A stretch of 64,000 nt of DNA from Candidatus Binatia bacterium (GTDB lineage Bacteria > Desulfobacterota > Binatia > UBA9968 > CAXXLF01). Below are positions 22,207-32,837 of this stretch, one piece after another. A program made the translations under genes and the position numbers. Each line of letters starts with the position of its first letter. Positions within the stretch are counted from its first letter, which is position 1. Under the pieces are notes generated by a model. It ran no database searches, was not told the origin of the DNA, and was given only the letters and a program-made list of their open reading frames with translations. The stretch spans positions 288,001-352,000 of the forward strand of contig CAXXLF010000001.1 in the NCBI GenBank assembly GCA_963664015.2. The letters run 5' to 3'.

Positions 22207-23523
22207 TCAACCCTCTGTCGGTTCGGGACGAGGTCTTGCCGCCCCAAATGGAACATCGACTTCCTCATGCCGTTCATCAAATACCTCATCTCTGGTCCTC
22301 TTCCGGGCAATACCGTCGGCCCAATACGAACCCGTCCTTAGGTCCTCTTCGTGCTGCCATCCTAAAAGTTCGATACAGGTGTTCTTTTCAGGATCGCGAA
22401 CGACCCCCCTGGGCTCTCCACCGTTCTGAACGATCTCGATCTGTTCCTTCAGCATCTTGCGAAGCAGAATAATTCCGCGGTCGGATTCACCCAAATGCTC
22501 CTTGGACCGGTCCACGATGGAGCCCTGGGTTTCCCAGGCCATCTTGTCGTGGCAGAAAAAGGTATCCATCGCATATTCGCCGTCGGGTAGTACCTGGGGT
22601 GCCATAAATTCGACTGGAGGGTCTTCAACCTCCTCGACGTCGCGGCCGTCCTCGGTCAGTTTAAAATGAACAATAATGATCTCCGTATGATGATCGTCGA
22701 TGGGAACACGCCAGTGCAGCTGGGCGCTGATGCGAAGCATGTTGGGAAAGACCATTGGATGTCCCCAGCCTTCGGCGGCGTTCTCCCCTCCATAGACCCA
22801 GGTTTTTACGATTCCCCATTCGAAGGGCTGGAAACCGTATTTCTTGAAGGGCCGACCAAATCCTACTTGATCGTTGTCTCCGGGACGCCATCCCAAAGGC
22901 GGGTCCCCGGTGCCCCCCCCGTTGTCGCGCTCCTTTTTCATGCGGGCCCGATGCCGCAGGGTCTGGACATGCAAGAAGTAGGTATGGACGATGTCGACGG
23001 CATTTTCCTGAGCCTGAAGCCAATTGCAGTTGAGCGGCTCCTGACGAATGACAGTGCGGTGACCGTTTTCCCACGCCAGCACATCCCACCTTGGCACCAT
23101 AGGTTTCAACTCGGGAGGCCCCAAGTAGGCAAATAAGAGCCCTCCAAGCTTCTCGACCGGATAAGCCGTGTGGCGAGTATGTTCTCGGAACTTCGGGTTG
23201 GGCTCAAAAGGCTGCTCGACACATTGACCGGTCTTGTCGTACAGCCATCCGTGGTAAGGGCAACGAATGCAACCATCCTCCAAAAACCCATAGTACAAGG
23301 AAGTCCCGCGATGGGAACAGCGCTCGGCCACAAGGCCATATCCACCCTTCTCATCCCTGTACAGCACGAGTTCCTCTCCCATGATTTTGATTCGTTTCTT
23401 TGGTTGCTCCGCGGTCAATTCCCGAGCCCCAGCAACGGGATGCCAGTAACGACGCAACAATTCACCGCCGGGAGTGCCACGGCCCACTTGGGTTACAAGG
23501 TCACTTTCTTCCTTGTTAAGCAT
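22207..23523 (-). CDS. Rieske oxygenase alpha subunit, copy B
   Basis: CSH...CPYH; ENAVDIVHTYFLH; HDKMAWE; GAGGAGG RBS before ATG 23523. Confidence 0.92.
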   Translation of the reverse strand: MLNKEESDLVTQVGRGTPGGELLRRYWHPVAGARELTAEQPKKRIKIMGEELVLYRDEKGGYGLVAERCSHRGTSLYYGFLEDGCIRCPYHGWLYDKTGQCVEQPFEPNPKFREHTRHTAYPVEKLGGLLFAYLGPPELKPMVPRWDVLAWENGHRTVIRQEPLNCNWLQAQENAVDIVHTYFLHVQTLRHRARMKKERDNGGGTGDPPLGWRPGDNDQVGFGRPFKKYGFQPFEWGIVKTWVYGGENAAEGWGHPMVFPNMLRISAQLHWRVPIDDHHTEIIIVHFKLTEDGRDVEEVEDPPVEFMAPQVLPDGEYAMDTFFCHDKMAWETQGSIVDRSKEHLGESDRGIILLRKMLKEQIEIVQNGGEPRGVVRDPEKNTCIELLGWQHEEDLRTGSYWADGIARKRTRDEVFDERHEEVDVPFGAARPRPEPTEG

Positions 23524-23574
23524 GCTCGTTCCTCCTCTCACCTATATTGAGGACTTAACATTCGTTGCATCGAA

Positions 23575-24888
23575 CTATCGAATTCGGGGCCTTGCCGCTC
23601 CGTAAGGAACATTGACTATTTCATACCGATTGTCAAAAACCTCATCCCTTGATTTCCTGTGCGCTTTGCCATCGGCCCAATAAGGATCCGTATAAAGATC
23701 GCCTTCGTTCTGCCACCCTGCAAGCTCGATGCAGATGTTTTTTTCAGGATCACGCACAAGCCCCCTGGGCTCCCCGCCCTGGCGGACAATCTCGATTTGA
23801 TCCTTAAGCATTTTACGGAACATGATGATTCCCTGATCGGATTCACCCAGGTGCTCCCTGGAACGGTCGGCAACCGGTCCCTGTGTTTCCCAAGCCATTT
23901 TGTCATGACTAAAGAATGTATCCATGGCGTAATCGCCGTCTGGAAGCACCTGCGGTTCCATAAATTCGACAGGAGGTTCCTCAGCCCCTTCGACCTTCGG
24001 TCTACCCTCGCTCTGGCGAAAATGGACAATGATGATCTCTGTACGGTAATCATCAATTGGAACACGCCAATGCATCTGGGAAGTAATACGCAACATATTG
24101 GGGAAAACCAGTGGGTGCCCCCAGCCTTCACCGCCGTGCTTGCCTTCATAGACCCAGCTTTTTAACAGCCCCCACTCGAAAGGCTGGAACCCATAACTTG
24201 CGAAGGGACGTCCGTAACCCAATTCATCAGAGGGGGATCTGTTACCATCCGGCGCGTACCCTAAGGGAGGGTCACCACGACCCATGACCCGTTTCTCTGA
24301 ATGAGCTCGGGCCCGTTGCTTCAAAGTTTGGGAATGAAGGAAAAAGGTGTGGGTCACATCGACTGAATTCTCCTCGGCTTGGAGCCAGTTACAGTTGAGA
24401 ATCTCCTGGCGCATGATGGTGCGGCGACCCTTTTCCCACGCCAGGATATCCCAGCGGGGCAGTAGAGGCTTTTGTTCCTGCGGCCCCATGTAGGTAAACA
24501 AGAGTCCACTCAGTTTCTCAACAGGATATGCACGGTGATGCGTCTGCTCTCGAAACTTCGGATTAGGCTCAAATGGTTGCTCGACGCATTGACCTGTCTT
24601 ATCGTAAAGCCAGCCATGGTAAGGACACCGTATACATCCATCCTCAACAAAGCCGTAGTACAAGGAGCTCCCGCGGTGGGAACAGCGCTCGGTCACAAGG
24701 CCATAGCCGCCCTTCTCATCTCGGTATAGGACGAGTTCCTCACCAAGAATTGTAATCCGTTTCTTGGGCTGCGCCTCAGTCAGCTCCCGCGCACCAGCAA
24801 TGGGATGCCAATAACGGCGTAACAACTCGCCGCAGGGAGTCCCACGACTAACTCGGGTGAAGAGCTCATTTTCCTCTTTTGACAGCAT
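23575..24888 (-). CDS. Rieske oxygenase alpha subunit, copy C
   Basis: CSH...CPYH; ENSVDVTHTFFLH; HDKMAWE. Confidence 0.92.
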   Translation of the reverse strand: MLSKEENELFTRVSRGTPCGELLRRYWHPIAGARELTEAQPKKRITILGEELVLYRDEKGGYGLVTERCSHRGSSLYYGFVEDGCIRCPYHGWLYDKTGQCVEQPFEPNPKFREQTHHRAYPVEKLSGLLFTYMGPQEQKPLLPRWDILAWEKGRRTIMRQEILNCNWLQAEENSVDVTHTFFLHSQTLKQRARAHSEKRVMGRGDPPLGYAPDGNRSPSDELGYGRPFASYGFQPFEWGLLKSWVYEGKHGGEGWGHPLVFPNMLRITSQMHWRVPIDDYRTEIIIVHFRQSEGRPKVEGAEEPPVEFMEPQVLPDGDYAMDTFFSHDKMAWETQGPVADRSREHLGESDQGIIMFRKMLKDQIEIVRQGGEPRGLVRDPEKNICIELAGWQNEGDLYTDPYWADGKAHRKSRDEVFDNRYEIVNVPYGAARPRIR

Positions 24889-25172
24889 GATGCCCCCCAA
24901 CCCACCTGATCGCCTGATCGTTGGAATTATTTGAGGCCTTCCGGTCGCGGCTCACGTGACCGCCACCCGCTCAACCATTGGATTCCCCCACCCTTTCGAA
25001 GCGCACTAAAGGTATATGAATTGGTGCAATTAGCAATCGAAGACATCCTGGATAAAAATGAATGAGCAATTTATTAGGCGATTTTGAGTTTCTAGGAGGT
25101 GGGCTTTACGACCCGTGACCACTCTGAAGTGCAATTCTAGTTGAATCCCTGAGTATTGCATCAGCGCAAATG

Positions 25173-26759
25173 CTAACCGACGCAGTCGTCCTGCGTCCAC
25201 CCCCCATCAATCAGGCGCCAGAGTTTCCCGCCGGGATTTTTATCCCTCAGTTCCGGTGGAAGCCGATGCTCCCGCACGTTGTCGTAGCATTCCATCATGG
25301 CGAACCGCCTGATAGAAGCCGGCAGTCCAACAGCAGTAAAACCGGGATGTCCAGTTGCAGGGTACGGCCCGCCATGGTTCATCGCTGGACTCACGGCAAC
25401 TCCAGTGGGCATCCTGTCGTTTAGGAGGCGGCCAACCTTTCGTCGGAGAATGGGTTCGACTTGACGGTACAAAGACTCATCTTCGCGGGCCCCACTGTAG
25501 ATCGTACCTGTCAAATTGCCCTCCAGACAGCGGAGTACCTCCAGCAGTTGTGAGTCATCCTCCACCATGACCAATAGAGATACGTTACCAAAGGCTTCTC
25601 TTTGAAGCCCTTCGGGATTTGCTAGGAATCGCTTACCGCTCACGCGAAGAAGCGTGTTGTCGTAACTGAACCCTTCCCCTCCTCCAAGCTTACCGCCGGA
25701 TACGATTTCCGCACCATCGTTTAAAAGGGCCGCCACGCCCTGCGTAAGATTATCCAGCACGCCGCTAGAGAGGAGGGTGCCGAGGGGAGCGGCGTCGAAC
25801 CTATTCTTTACCTCGGAAATAAACTCTTCGCTTTCAGAGCCGGCCATTACGACGACCAGCCCAGGATTGGTGCAGAACTGTCCGGTACCCATCAGGCAAG
25901 AGATTACAAATTCGTTAACAATCTCCCCGCGCCGCTCCTTAAGAGCACCAGGCAGCATGACCACTGGGTTGATACTGCTCAGCTCCAGGTAAATCGGCTT
26001 ACCAGCCTGATCCGCCGCCCTTTTTAGAGTCAAACCGGCCTGACGGGCGCCCGTGTACCCCGTAGCTGCGATCAGTTTGTGGGAAACCAGTTTTTCTCCG
26101 ACCTGGTGGTCGGTCCGGTATAGGAGTTGGACCGTGGCATCGGGCAAGCCTGTTTCTTTCACGGCGCCAATGGCCTCTTCGGCAAGCAGGCGTGTGGTGC
26201 CCGGGTGTCCCGTATTGGCCTTGGCAATCACCGGGTTTCCAGCTGCAATCGCGGCCGCAAAATCCCCGCCCGCTATACTGTTGAATGCAAAAGGAAAATT
26301 ATTGGGTCCAAAAACAACTACCCCACCACCGAGGGGGCCGAAACAGGAACGAATCCCATTGGTCGTGTCGATCGTGGGAAGCGTCCACGAGCGATCCCGT
26401 ACTGCCCTGGCCGCCTGCCTTAGCTGGCCCGTGGTCCTCGGAAGTTCCACGCTGCTCAGCCTTGGGTCCTTTGGCAATCCCGTCTCCTCAAATGCCGTTT
26501 GGACAATCTCGTCGCGCCGTTTTTCAACTCGCTCCGCATACCGCTTCAGGAACTCCCCGATTTTTTCCGACGCTGTAGCCGCCAGTAATTCCGCCGCCCT
26601 GGCCGCCTGCGAGATCGATTCATTCACGTCTTCAAGGGAACTCACTGGATAGACCCCGGGAAGCGGGGATCGGGTTTGGGGATTGATTGCCCGGAAGTCC
26701 CCGCTGGCTTTTGCCGCCTTCCACTGACCACCGATCAGGACTGGAACCAATTCAGCCAT
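25173..26759 (-). CDS. NADP-dependent aldehyde dehydrogenase (alpha-ketoglutaric semialdehyde dehydrogenase type)
   Basis: VFGPNNFPFAF, YLELSSINP, GQFCTNPG, MNHGGPYPAT. Confidence 0.9.
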   Translation of the reverse strand: MAELVPVLIGGQWKAAKASGDFRAINPQTRSPLPGVYPVSSLEDVNESISQAARAAELLAATASEKIGEFLKRYAERVEKRRDEIVQTAFEETGLPKDPRLSSVELPRTTGQLRQAARAVRDRSWTLPTIDTTNGIRSCFGPLGGGVVVFGPNNFPFAFNSIAGGDFAAAIAAGNPVIAKANTGHPGTTRLLAEEAIGAVKETGLPDATVQLLYRTDHQVGEKLVSHKLIAATGYTGARQAGLTLKRAADQAGKPIYLELSSINPVVMLPGALKERRGEIVNEFVISCLMGTGQFCTNPGLVVVMAGSESEEFISEVKNRFDAAPLGTLLSSGVLDNLTQGVAALLNDGAEIVSGGKLGGGEGFSYDNTLLRVSGKRFLANPEGLQREAFGNVSLLVMVEDDSQLLEVLRCLEGNLTGTIYSGAREDESLYRQVEPILRRKVGRLLNDRMPTGVAVSPAMNHGGPYPATGHPGFTAVGLPASIRRFAMMECYDNVREHRLPPELRDKNPGGKLWRLIDGGWTQDDCVG

Positions 26760-26782
26760 GGAATTCCTCCTAAACCTTAAAC

Positions 26783-28054
26783 CTATCCTTCTTCAACGGG
26801 ACGTTGTTCCAGAACGAACCGTTTGAGCCCCGGATACAGAAAGTTTGTGCACAGCATCGATCCACCGATAAGAATTCCAGCCAAAAAGACGGCAAACCGG
26901 CCGCCGAGGAAGGCTATAAACATTCCCGTGGGAGCCTGGCCCAGGTGGTTCAAGCCCCGGAAGGTCATTTGCGAGATGCTCATGACTCTACCACGCATGC
27001 TCTCCATACTGGAATACTGGAAAATTACATTTCGCGTCGTCCCCCACATGGTGTCGCTCATCCCCAGGACCACCAGCAGGAATAAGGATAAAGGCCATAT
27101 ATGCGAGTGAGCGAATAACAAGTAGGTCAGGACGTGAATAGTCCCAAGGATGTAGAGAGTCCTTCCCGGCCGACGAAAGTTTCCCATAAAGATGAGAAAG
27201 AGCGCCCCGGTGACGCTTCCAATCCCTCTTTCCGATTGCATGAGGCCGAATCCGCCTGCACCGACTTGCAGTATATCTTTTGCAAAAACCGTAAGGACGA
27301 CCTGATTAAGGGAAAAAAAAGACGCGAATGCCCCCAACAGCAGGGCTCCACAAATAACCGGTTGCCGGCGAACGTAATTGAGACCTTCTATGACGCTTCG
27401 GCCCAATTGGGTCTTTCGGCCGCCGCCCACGGAAGTAGTGCGAATAAATGGAAGGGTAAAGACAACTGCAAGATGGGCCACTGAGTTGACCGCATAGGCT
27501 CCCCCTATACCTACAGCGGCGATAATAATACCACCGATGGCAGGCCCGATCATGGCACTTCCGCGAAAGAGGATAGAGTTCATGGCTACCCCGTTGGCAA
27601 GGGCGCTCCTGGGAATAAGATTGGGGAGCAGTGCGCTCTGGGCCGGGCTCCCAACCGCCTGAGCCGTTGCATTGACAGCCGTAACCATATAAATGGCCCA
27701 GGCCGTGAGGTTATGGGTAAATGCCAACGTCGCAAGGATCGCTCCCAATAATACCTGGACCGAAGTTGTTACCATTACAATCCGCTTTCGCTCATAGCGA
27801 TCGGCAATGGCCCCGCCAAAAAAGCCAAATCCGAAGGAGGGTGCTGCCCGAAACAAACCGTTTAATCCGACGCCAATGGCAGAACCGGTAATTTGGTAGA
27901 GCGCCCAACTCTGAGCCATGATTTGCATCCACACACCACAGTGGGCAACGAACTGGCTGAACCAATAGAGCCTGAAATCACGATGGCGAAAGGCAGGGAA
28001 ATAGCCTTCGGAGGCTGAAGGTAAGGACCCCATGGAGGGACCAAGATAGGCCAC
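26783..28054 (-). CDS. MFS transporter (MFS_3/EntS-like)
   Basis: AFRHRDFRLYW, GGAIADRYERKRI, about 12 hydrophobic segments, MRGRVMS. Confidence 0.9.
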   Translation of the reverse strand: MAYLGPSMGSLPSASEGYFPAFRHRDFRLYWFSQFVAHCGVWMQIMAQSWALYQITGSAIGVGLNGLFRAAPSFGFGFFGGAIADRYERKRIVMVTTSVQVLLGAILATLAFTHNLTAWAIYMVTAVNATAQAVGSPAQSALLPNLIPRSALANGVAMNSILFRGSAMIGPAIGGIIIAAVGIGGAYAVNSVAHLAVVFTLPFIRTTSVGGGRKTQLGRSVIEGLNYVRRQPVICGALLLGAFASFFSLNQVVLTVFAKDILQVGAGGFGLMQSERGIGSVTGALFLIFMGNFRRPGRTLYILGTIHVLTYLLFAHSHIWPLSLFLLVVLGMSDTMWGTTRNVIFQYSSMESMRGRVMSISQMTFRGLNHLGQAPTGMFIAFLGGRFAVFLAGILIGGSMLCTNFLYPGLKRFVLEQRPVEEG

Positions 28055-28125
28055 CGCACCAGAAAAGACAACACGGGGACAGGCCGTGAGCTACTGTTTA
28101 AATCTCGAACAGGTCAATTCACAAC

Positions 28126-29886
28126 TCAGGCTTGTTGCTCCCGCCCTTTAAGCCTGACATCGACCAAGGCCAGCGTGCTTTCTTTCTTCATCACCTGGAA
28201 GGCCCGTTCAATAGCCGGCCTCAGCTCGGAAGGTTTCTCAATGGGTCCTTCCGCATAGGCGCCCTGGGAGCGCGCAAGGCCGGCAAAATCAACTCGTGGG
28301 TTCTGTATTTCCGTAGCGATATGCTGGTTAGCCGTGGATCTGTTCCGATACTCGGATGCCCAGGTAAGGTGTGCACCTTCACCGACGTAACCTCCGTTGT
28401 CCAGAAGAAAGACCAACAAAGGGATGTGGTGATGAACGGCAGTCCAAATCGAGCTGGGCACATAAAGGGACTCTCCGTCGCCGACAAATGCTACACAGAA
28501 ACCTCCCTCCTTCTTCACCGCGAGGGACGCACCGATGGACCGGGATAGGGCGGTGCCTAATCCCGCCGCCTTTTGCCCCCCCATAACACTGCCCGGTCGG
28601 TCCAGGTCCCAAAGCCCTCTGGTAAAACCGCCGATGTTCCCCGTTAAGATCCAATGCTCTCCCTTCACGCAATTCCAAACCTCTTGGGCGAGAGCGGCCA
28701 GCGAAATGTCCTCCCTATGGACATCCTTTTCCAATTGGTCTTTCCACTTCTTTCGAGTTGCATCGTGAAGGTCCTTGGTTCGCGTAAACCGTTCTGCCAG
28801 TATCTTTTTCTGAGCCGGCTCCTTGTCCAGGATTGCTTGCAACTCCTGAGTGAGCGAGGGAATTGCGAGACTCGTGTCAACGGCAATGGTGAATTCCACG
28901 GGCCATAAGCGATCAAAATCCAAGGTGGTGCTCTTAATCCACTGGTCAAAGAGACCGATATTGACGACCTTGGCGCCCGGTTGGAGGCGGCTGTTTTTCT
29001 CCCTCGTGTAGCGGTTCGATACGGTAAATGTCTGCTCCAACTTTTCAACATCCAAGAGAACGATCACGTCACTACGGGTAACGGCATCGGTCCCGGTAAC
29101 GTCCAGTGAATGAGAGTTGGGAAAATTCAGGTCCCCACCTGTATCGATCACAGGGATCGAGCCAGCCTCCGCCAACCGGACCAGCATCTGGACCGCATCG
29201 GGATTTCGGCCCAATCGATCGGCGATGATCAACGGCGCCTCGGCGTGGGCCAGCAGTTCAGCCGTTTTCCGGAGCGAATCGGGATCGCCCTGCGGCCCGG
29301 TAGGGGGAGCGTACTTACTAATATCCGGAATAAGGATTGGCTCCGTCAGCTTGGCCTCCTGCCAACCCGCGTCCAAGGCCATATAGACAGGTCCCTTCGG
29401 TTCAGTCATGGCCACACGGCGGCCGCGGATAAAAGATTCGGGAACGCTTTCCGGATCATGGGGTTGATCGTCCCATTTGACGAAATCTCTGACCAGATTG
29501 CCTTGGACGAGGGCCGTATGCACCCAGTCGATCCATGGCCGGCGCATCTTGAGACTCATGGGTCCTGTCCCGCTCATGACAATCATCGGGACCCGGTCCA
29601 CGTAGGCATTATAAATCGCCATGGCCGCATGCAGGGTACCCACAACATTGTGGACCAGGGCCACGGAAGGCTTTCCCGTAGCTCGCCCGTAACCCATAGC
29701 CACTCCAACCGCAATCTCCTCATGGAGACATTCAATGATTTCGGGGGTTTTATTATTACCGAAGTTTATTATCGAATCGAGCAATCCACGATAGGTGGCC
29801 CCCAGATTTGCCGGCGCATACTCAATCCCGTATCGCTGCATCATTTCGACCACGACATCAGAGCCCCACTCTGCCTTACCAGCCAT
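28126..29886 (-). CDS. Thiamine diphosphate-dependent enzyme (decarboxylase/ALS-like)
   Basis: CLHEEIAV, VKWDDQP, VGDGE...LDNGGY; AAGGAGG RBS before ATG 29886. Confidence 0.88.
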   Translation of the reverse strand: MAGKAEWGSDVVVEMMQRYGIEYAPANLGATYRGLLDSIINFGNNKTPEIIECLHEEIAVGVAMGYGRATGKPSVALVHNVVGTLHAAMAIYNAYVDRVPMIVMSGTGPMSLKMRRPWIDWVHTALVQGNLVRDFVKWDDQPHDPESVPESFIRGRRVAMTEPKGPVYMALDAGWQEAKLTEPILIPDISKYAPPTGPQGDPDSLRKTAELLAHAEAPLIIADRLGRNPDAVQMLVRLAEAGSIPVIDTGGDLNFPNSHSLDVTGTDAVTRSDVIVLLDVEKLEQTFTVSNRYTREKNSRLQPGAKVVNIGLFDQWIKSTTLDFDRLWPVEFTIAVDTSLAIPSLTQELQAILDKEPAQKKILAERFTRTKDLHDATRKKWKDQLEKDVHREDISLAALAQEVWNCVKGEHWILTGNIGGFTRGLWDLDRPGSVMGGQKAAGLGTALSRSIGASLAVKKEGGFCVAFVGDGESLYVPSSIWTAVHHHIPLLVFLLDNGGYVGEGAHLTWASEYRNRSTANQHIATEIQNPRVDFAGLARSQGAYAEGPIEKPSELRPAIERAFQVMKKESTLALVDVRLKGREQQA

Positions 29887-30139
29887 TTTAACCCTCCTTT
29901 GTTTCTGCCTGTCCCGTGACTGCGCCGATAGTGCGCCTAGACGGTCTCTCGATACAACCGCGAGGGACCATCTGTCAAACCACGGGACCTGAACTATCCC
30001 CAGGAGATAATAGCTGAACTTCAATTTCAATCAAAGCAGGCGGATTATTGCCCCCCCCCCTGGGGTATGATAAGTAAATCCTCATGGACGGAACGGCCAA
30101 AAGCGCCTAGATGCCCAATTAAACAAAAGAGGGTTGGCT

Positions 30140-31408
30140 ATGCTTCCAAAAAAGGAAAACGAGCTTCTTACGCAGACTGGTCCCGGAACTCCCATGGGGG
30201 AATTGATTCGGCGTTACTGGATTCCCGCCCTCTTGTCAGAAGAAATCCCCGAGGCCGACTGCCCTCCGGTCCAAGTCCGGATAGTCGGCGAGGAACTGGT
30301 TGCCTTTCGTGACAGCAAGGGAAAGATCGGACTCCTGGGTGAGCATTGCGCCCATCGGGGCACATCCCTCTTCTACGGGCGTAATGAGGAGTGCGGCCTG
30401 CGATGCATTTACCATGGCTGGAAGTACGATGTAGAGGGCAACGTGGTCGACACGCCGGCGGAACCAGCGGACAGCGATTTCAAGAACAAGATCCACCAGA
30501 CCGCTTATCCTACGGTTGAAGTGGCGGGAATTATCTTCGCCTACCTGGGGCCTAAGGAAAAGATGCCGCTATTTCCAAATTACGAGTGGGTTCATCTCCC
30601 GCAAGAACACACCTACGTCACCAAGGCACTCCAGAACTGCAACTACTTGCAGGGCCTAGAAGGCGAATGCGATTCCTCTCACCTCTCATTTTTACATCGG
30701 GAGTTTAGCAATGAGGGTCGAAGGGCCTGGTATGCGATCGACAACGCACCTAAATACGAAATAGAAGAAACCGACTTTGGGCTCAGGTTAATTGCTTCAC
30801 GGGACGCTGGCCCTGATCAGACTTATGTCCGAGTTTCCAGTTTCATCACACCGATCTCCTGCTGGGTGCCCGCCCGCAAGAGGGAAACGCATATTTACGT
30901 CCCGGCTGATGACACCCATAGTTGGCGATACGATCTTGGTTTTTTAAAGGATCGGCCGATACGGGACGATGAAGTCCACAGGCGTAAGCAGATTGGGCCT
31001 GATTACCGACGCTTCCGAAATGCGGGCAATCACTATCAACAGGACCGCCAGGTACAAAGATCGGTCAACTACACCGGAATAGAGGATTTCTTGAACCAGG
31101 ACTCATGCGCGACGGAAACCATGGGGACCATCTACGATCGAAGCCAGGAGCATCTCGCCGTCAGCGACACCGCCGTCATAACCATGCGGAAGTTTCTCCT
31201 CAATGCGGTCCGGGCCCTGCAAAAAGGAGAGGAACCACCGCATATAGTCAAAGATCCGGCAAAAAACAATTTTAGCCACGTCGATACCATTGCTCAGGCG
31301 ATTCCTTCAAACGTGCCGTGGCGCGAGTATTTCAAACACCTGACCAAGACGGCGCAGGTTCAAGGCCCCCACGACCACGCCCAAGACGAAGAGTCGCCCC
31401 GTAGTTGA
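30140..31408 (+). CDS. Rieske oxygenase alpha subunit (phthalate 4,5-dioxygenase-like), copy D
   Basis: CAH...CIYH; EGECDSSHLSFLH; QDSCATE. Confidence 0.92.
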   Translation: MLPKKENELLTQTGPGTPMGELIRRYWIPALLSEEIPEADCPPVQVRIVGEELVAFRDSKGKIGLLGEHCAHRGTSLFYGRNEECGLRCIYHGWKYDVEGNVVDTPAEPADSDFKNKIHQTAYPTVEVAGIIFAYLGPKEKMPLFPNYEWVHLPQEHTYVTKALQNCNYLQGLEGECDSSHLSFLHREFSNEGRRAWYAIDNAPKYEIEETDFGLRLIASRDAGPDQTYVRVSSFITPISCWVPARKRETHIYVPADDTHSWRYDLGFLKDRPIRDDEVHRRKQIGPDYRRFRNAGNHYQQDRQVQRSVNYTGIEDFLNQDSCATETMGTIYDRSQEHLAVSDTAVITMRKFLLNAVRALQKGEEPPHIVKDPAKNNFSHVDTIAQAIPSNVPWREYFKHLTKTAQVQGPHDHAQDEESPRS

Positions 31409-31585
31409 ACCTATTCCGCCCACACACTAATACTCAGCGGGTGAGGTTTGAGCCACACCTCTTGTCCCTTTGGGAAGAGCTGATCACGTTGATCGTAGAC
31501 TAGAAGTGCCCCTCGTTATCTACGATTATCCCCTATCCCATGTCTCCGAATCCCAAATTTTAAAACGGCTCCCTTTCGGAGGCAC

Positions 31586-32329
31586 CTATACCCACCCGCG
31601 ATTCCACTTCTCTCCTTTTCTAACCTTTTCCGAGTAGTAGTTCCATTCGGCAGAATGCTTGTCTTGCGCTCGGCCCCTACCCAGTTCCCGCGCCCGGGCC
31701 ATGAGCTTCTCAGAGGTTGCCTCCATGGACTGTATGAACTCGTCCGTGGGCCCCACGTAGCCCAACAGGTGGGCCATGGCCTGCATCTTGGCGGTCCGCT
31801 CGACGTAGAGAGCGTTCATGCAGGCCTCATCAATATTATTCCCTACGGAAACGATTCCATGTCCCTTGGTAATAACCGCGGGGGCCTTGTCGAGGGTCTT
31901 GGCAAGATCGGCCCCCTCGCTCGGATCGATGATAAAGATGGGGTCCTTATAGATGGGAACTCCTTTACCGAATCGCTTGGATTGCTGGTGCATGTTATAG
32001 ACCGTCTTCTCGGCCATGCTTAGCGAAATACACATAGGGGCATGGGAGTGAACCGCCGCGTTAATATCCGGCCTGGCTTTGAACATCTCACTGTAAATGG
32101 CCGCTTCCATGGGGACAGTTCCAACGCCGGAAAGCTTGTTCAAAGAATAGTCGAAACGAACAACCCAGTCCCTGACTCCAGGCTCCTCAGGAGGCCGGAA
32201 TACCTTAACGGCAATCGTCTCACTGTCGGGCAGACGGGTCCCCACATGACCCCAGATATCGCCCATTTCCCACTCCAAGATGGATGATGCGATTCGCAGC
32301 TCCTCTTCCAGTACATCAATGTCAGCCAT
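31586..32329 (-). CDS. Class II aldolase/adducin family protein
   Basis: WGHVG, KARPDINAAVHSHAP, KGHGIVSVG (Zn ligands). Confidence 0.88.
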   Translation of the reverse strand: MADIDVLEEELRIASSILEWEMGDIWGHVGTRLPDSETIAVKVFRPPEEPGVRDWVVRFDYSLNKLSGVGTVPMEAAIYSEMFKARPDINAAVHSHAPMCISLSMAEKTVYNMHQQSKRFGKGVPIYKDPIFIIDPSEGADLAKTLDKAPAVITKGHGIVSVGNNIDEACMNALYVERTAKMQAMAHLLGYVGPTDEFIQSMEATSEKLMARARELGRGRAQDKHSAEWNYYSEKVRKGEKWNRGWV

Positions 32330-32408
32330 AGATCCTCCCTGCTAATATTCCTGTAAAGCACCCTTATCTAGGCGCTCGCCGTTGTAAACTCAAAGTGCAT
32401 ATGAAAAG

Positions 32409-32837
32409 TTACGACGATCGGTTAAGTCCAACTCGGAAACCCAAAATCCGGGCGATGACGGCCACCACCACAACCATCAGCAACAGTACGACACCGACCA
32501 CTGAGCTCGGTCCGGGTACTCCTCCTAGGATGTATTCCAACTGCAGCAGGGCTAAGGGCTTGCTGTCCACCGATGCCAGCAGTGCCGGCATGATTGCACC
32601 GGACGCGGTGAACACGAAGTTCAGCACCCATACAACCAGGAGTGTGGGCGCCATTAGGGGGAGCACGATCTTCCAAAAGGTCCTTCCCCAATGAGCGCCG
32701 CACATCTCTGAGGATTCTTCCAGTTCAGTCCCCAACTGCATAATATTTGCCTTAAGAATCTGTACGCTTAGGGTCATACCGCTGATACCGGATACCAGGA
32801 TCAGGACCCAGATGGTACCGAACAATGGATTCAACAA
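32409..32837 (-). pseudogene. C-terminal fragment of an ABC transporter permease (FbpB/iron-thiamine type)
   Basis: LFGTIWVLIL and QLGTELEESSEMCGAHWGRTFWKIVLPL (EAA loop); only 142 aa, no partner genes. Confidence 0.75.

Noticed and set aside
20897-24888. Diversity-generating retroelement or assembly duplication behind the Rieske triplet
   Set aside because: No reverse transcriptase or TR/VR pair is present, and the copies differ throughout, including at synonymous sites and by indels.
29887-30030. 48 aa N-terminal extension of the ThDP enzyme, and similar extensions of manC and gltX
   Set aside because: Family homology begins at the downstream start, which for the ThDP gene also has a strong RBS.
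31561-31585. Terminator after the class II aldolase
   Set aside because: The stem is short and bulged (CTCC-GAAAG-GGAG), too weak to call.
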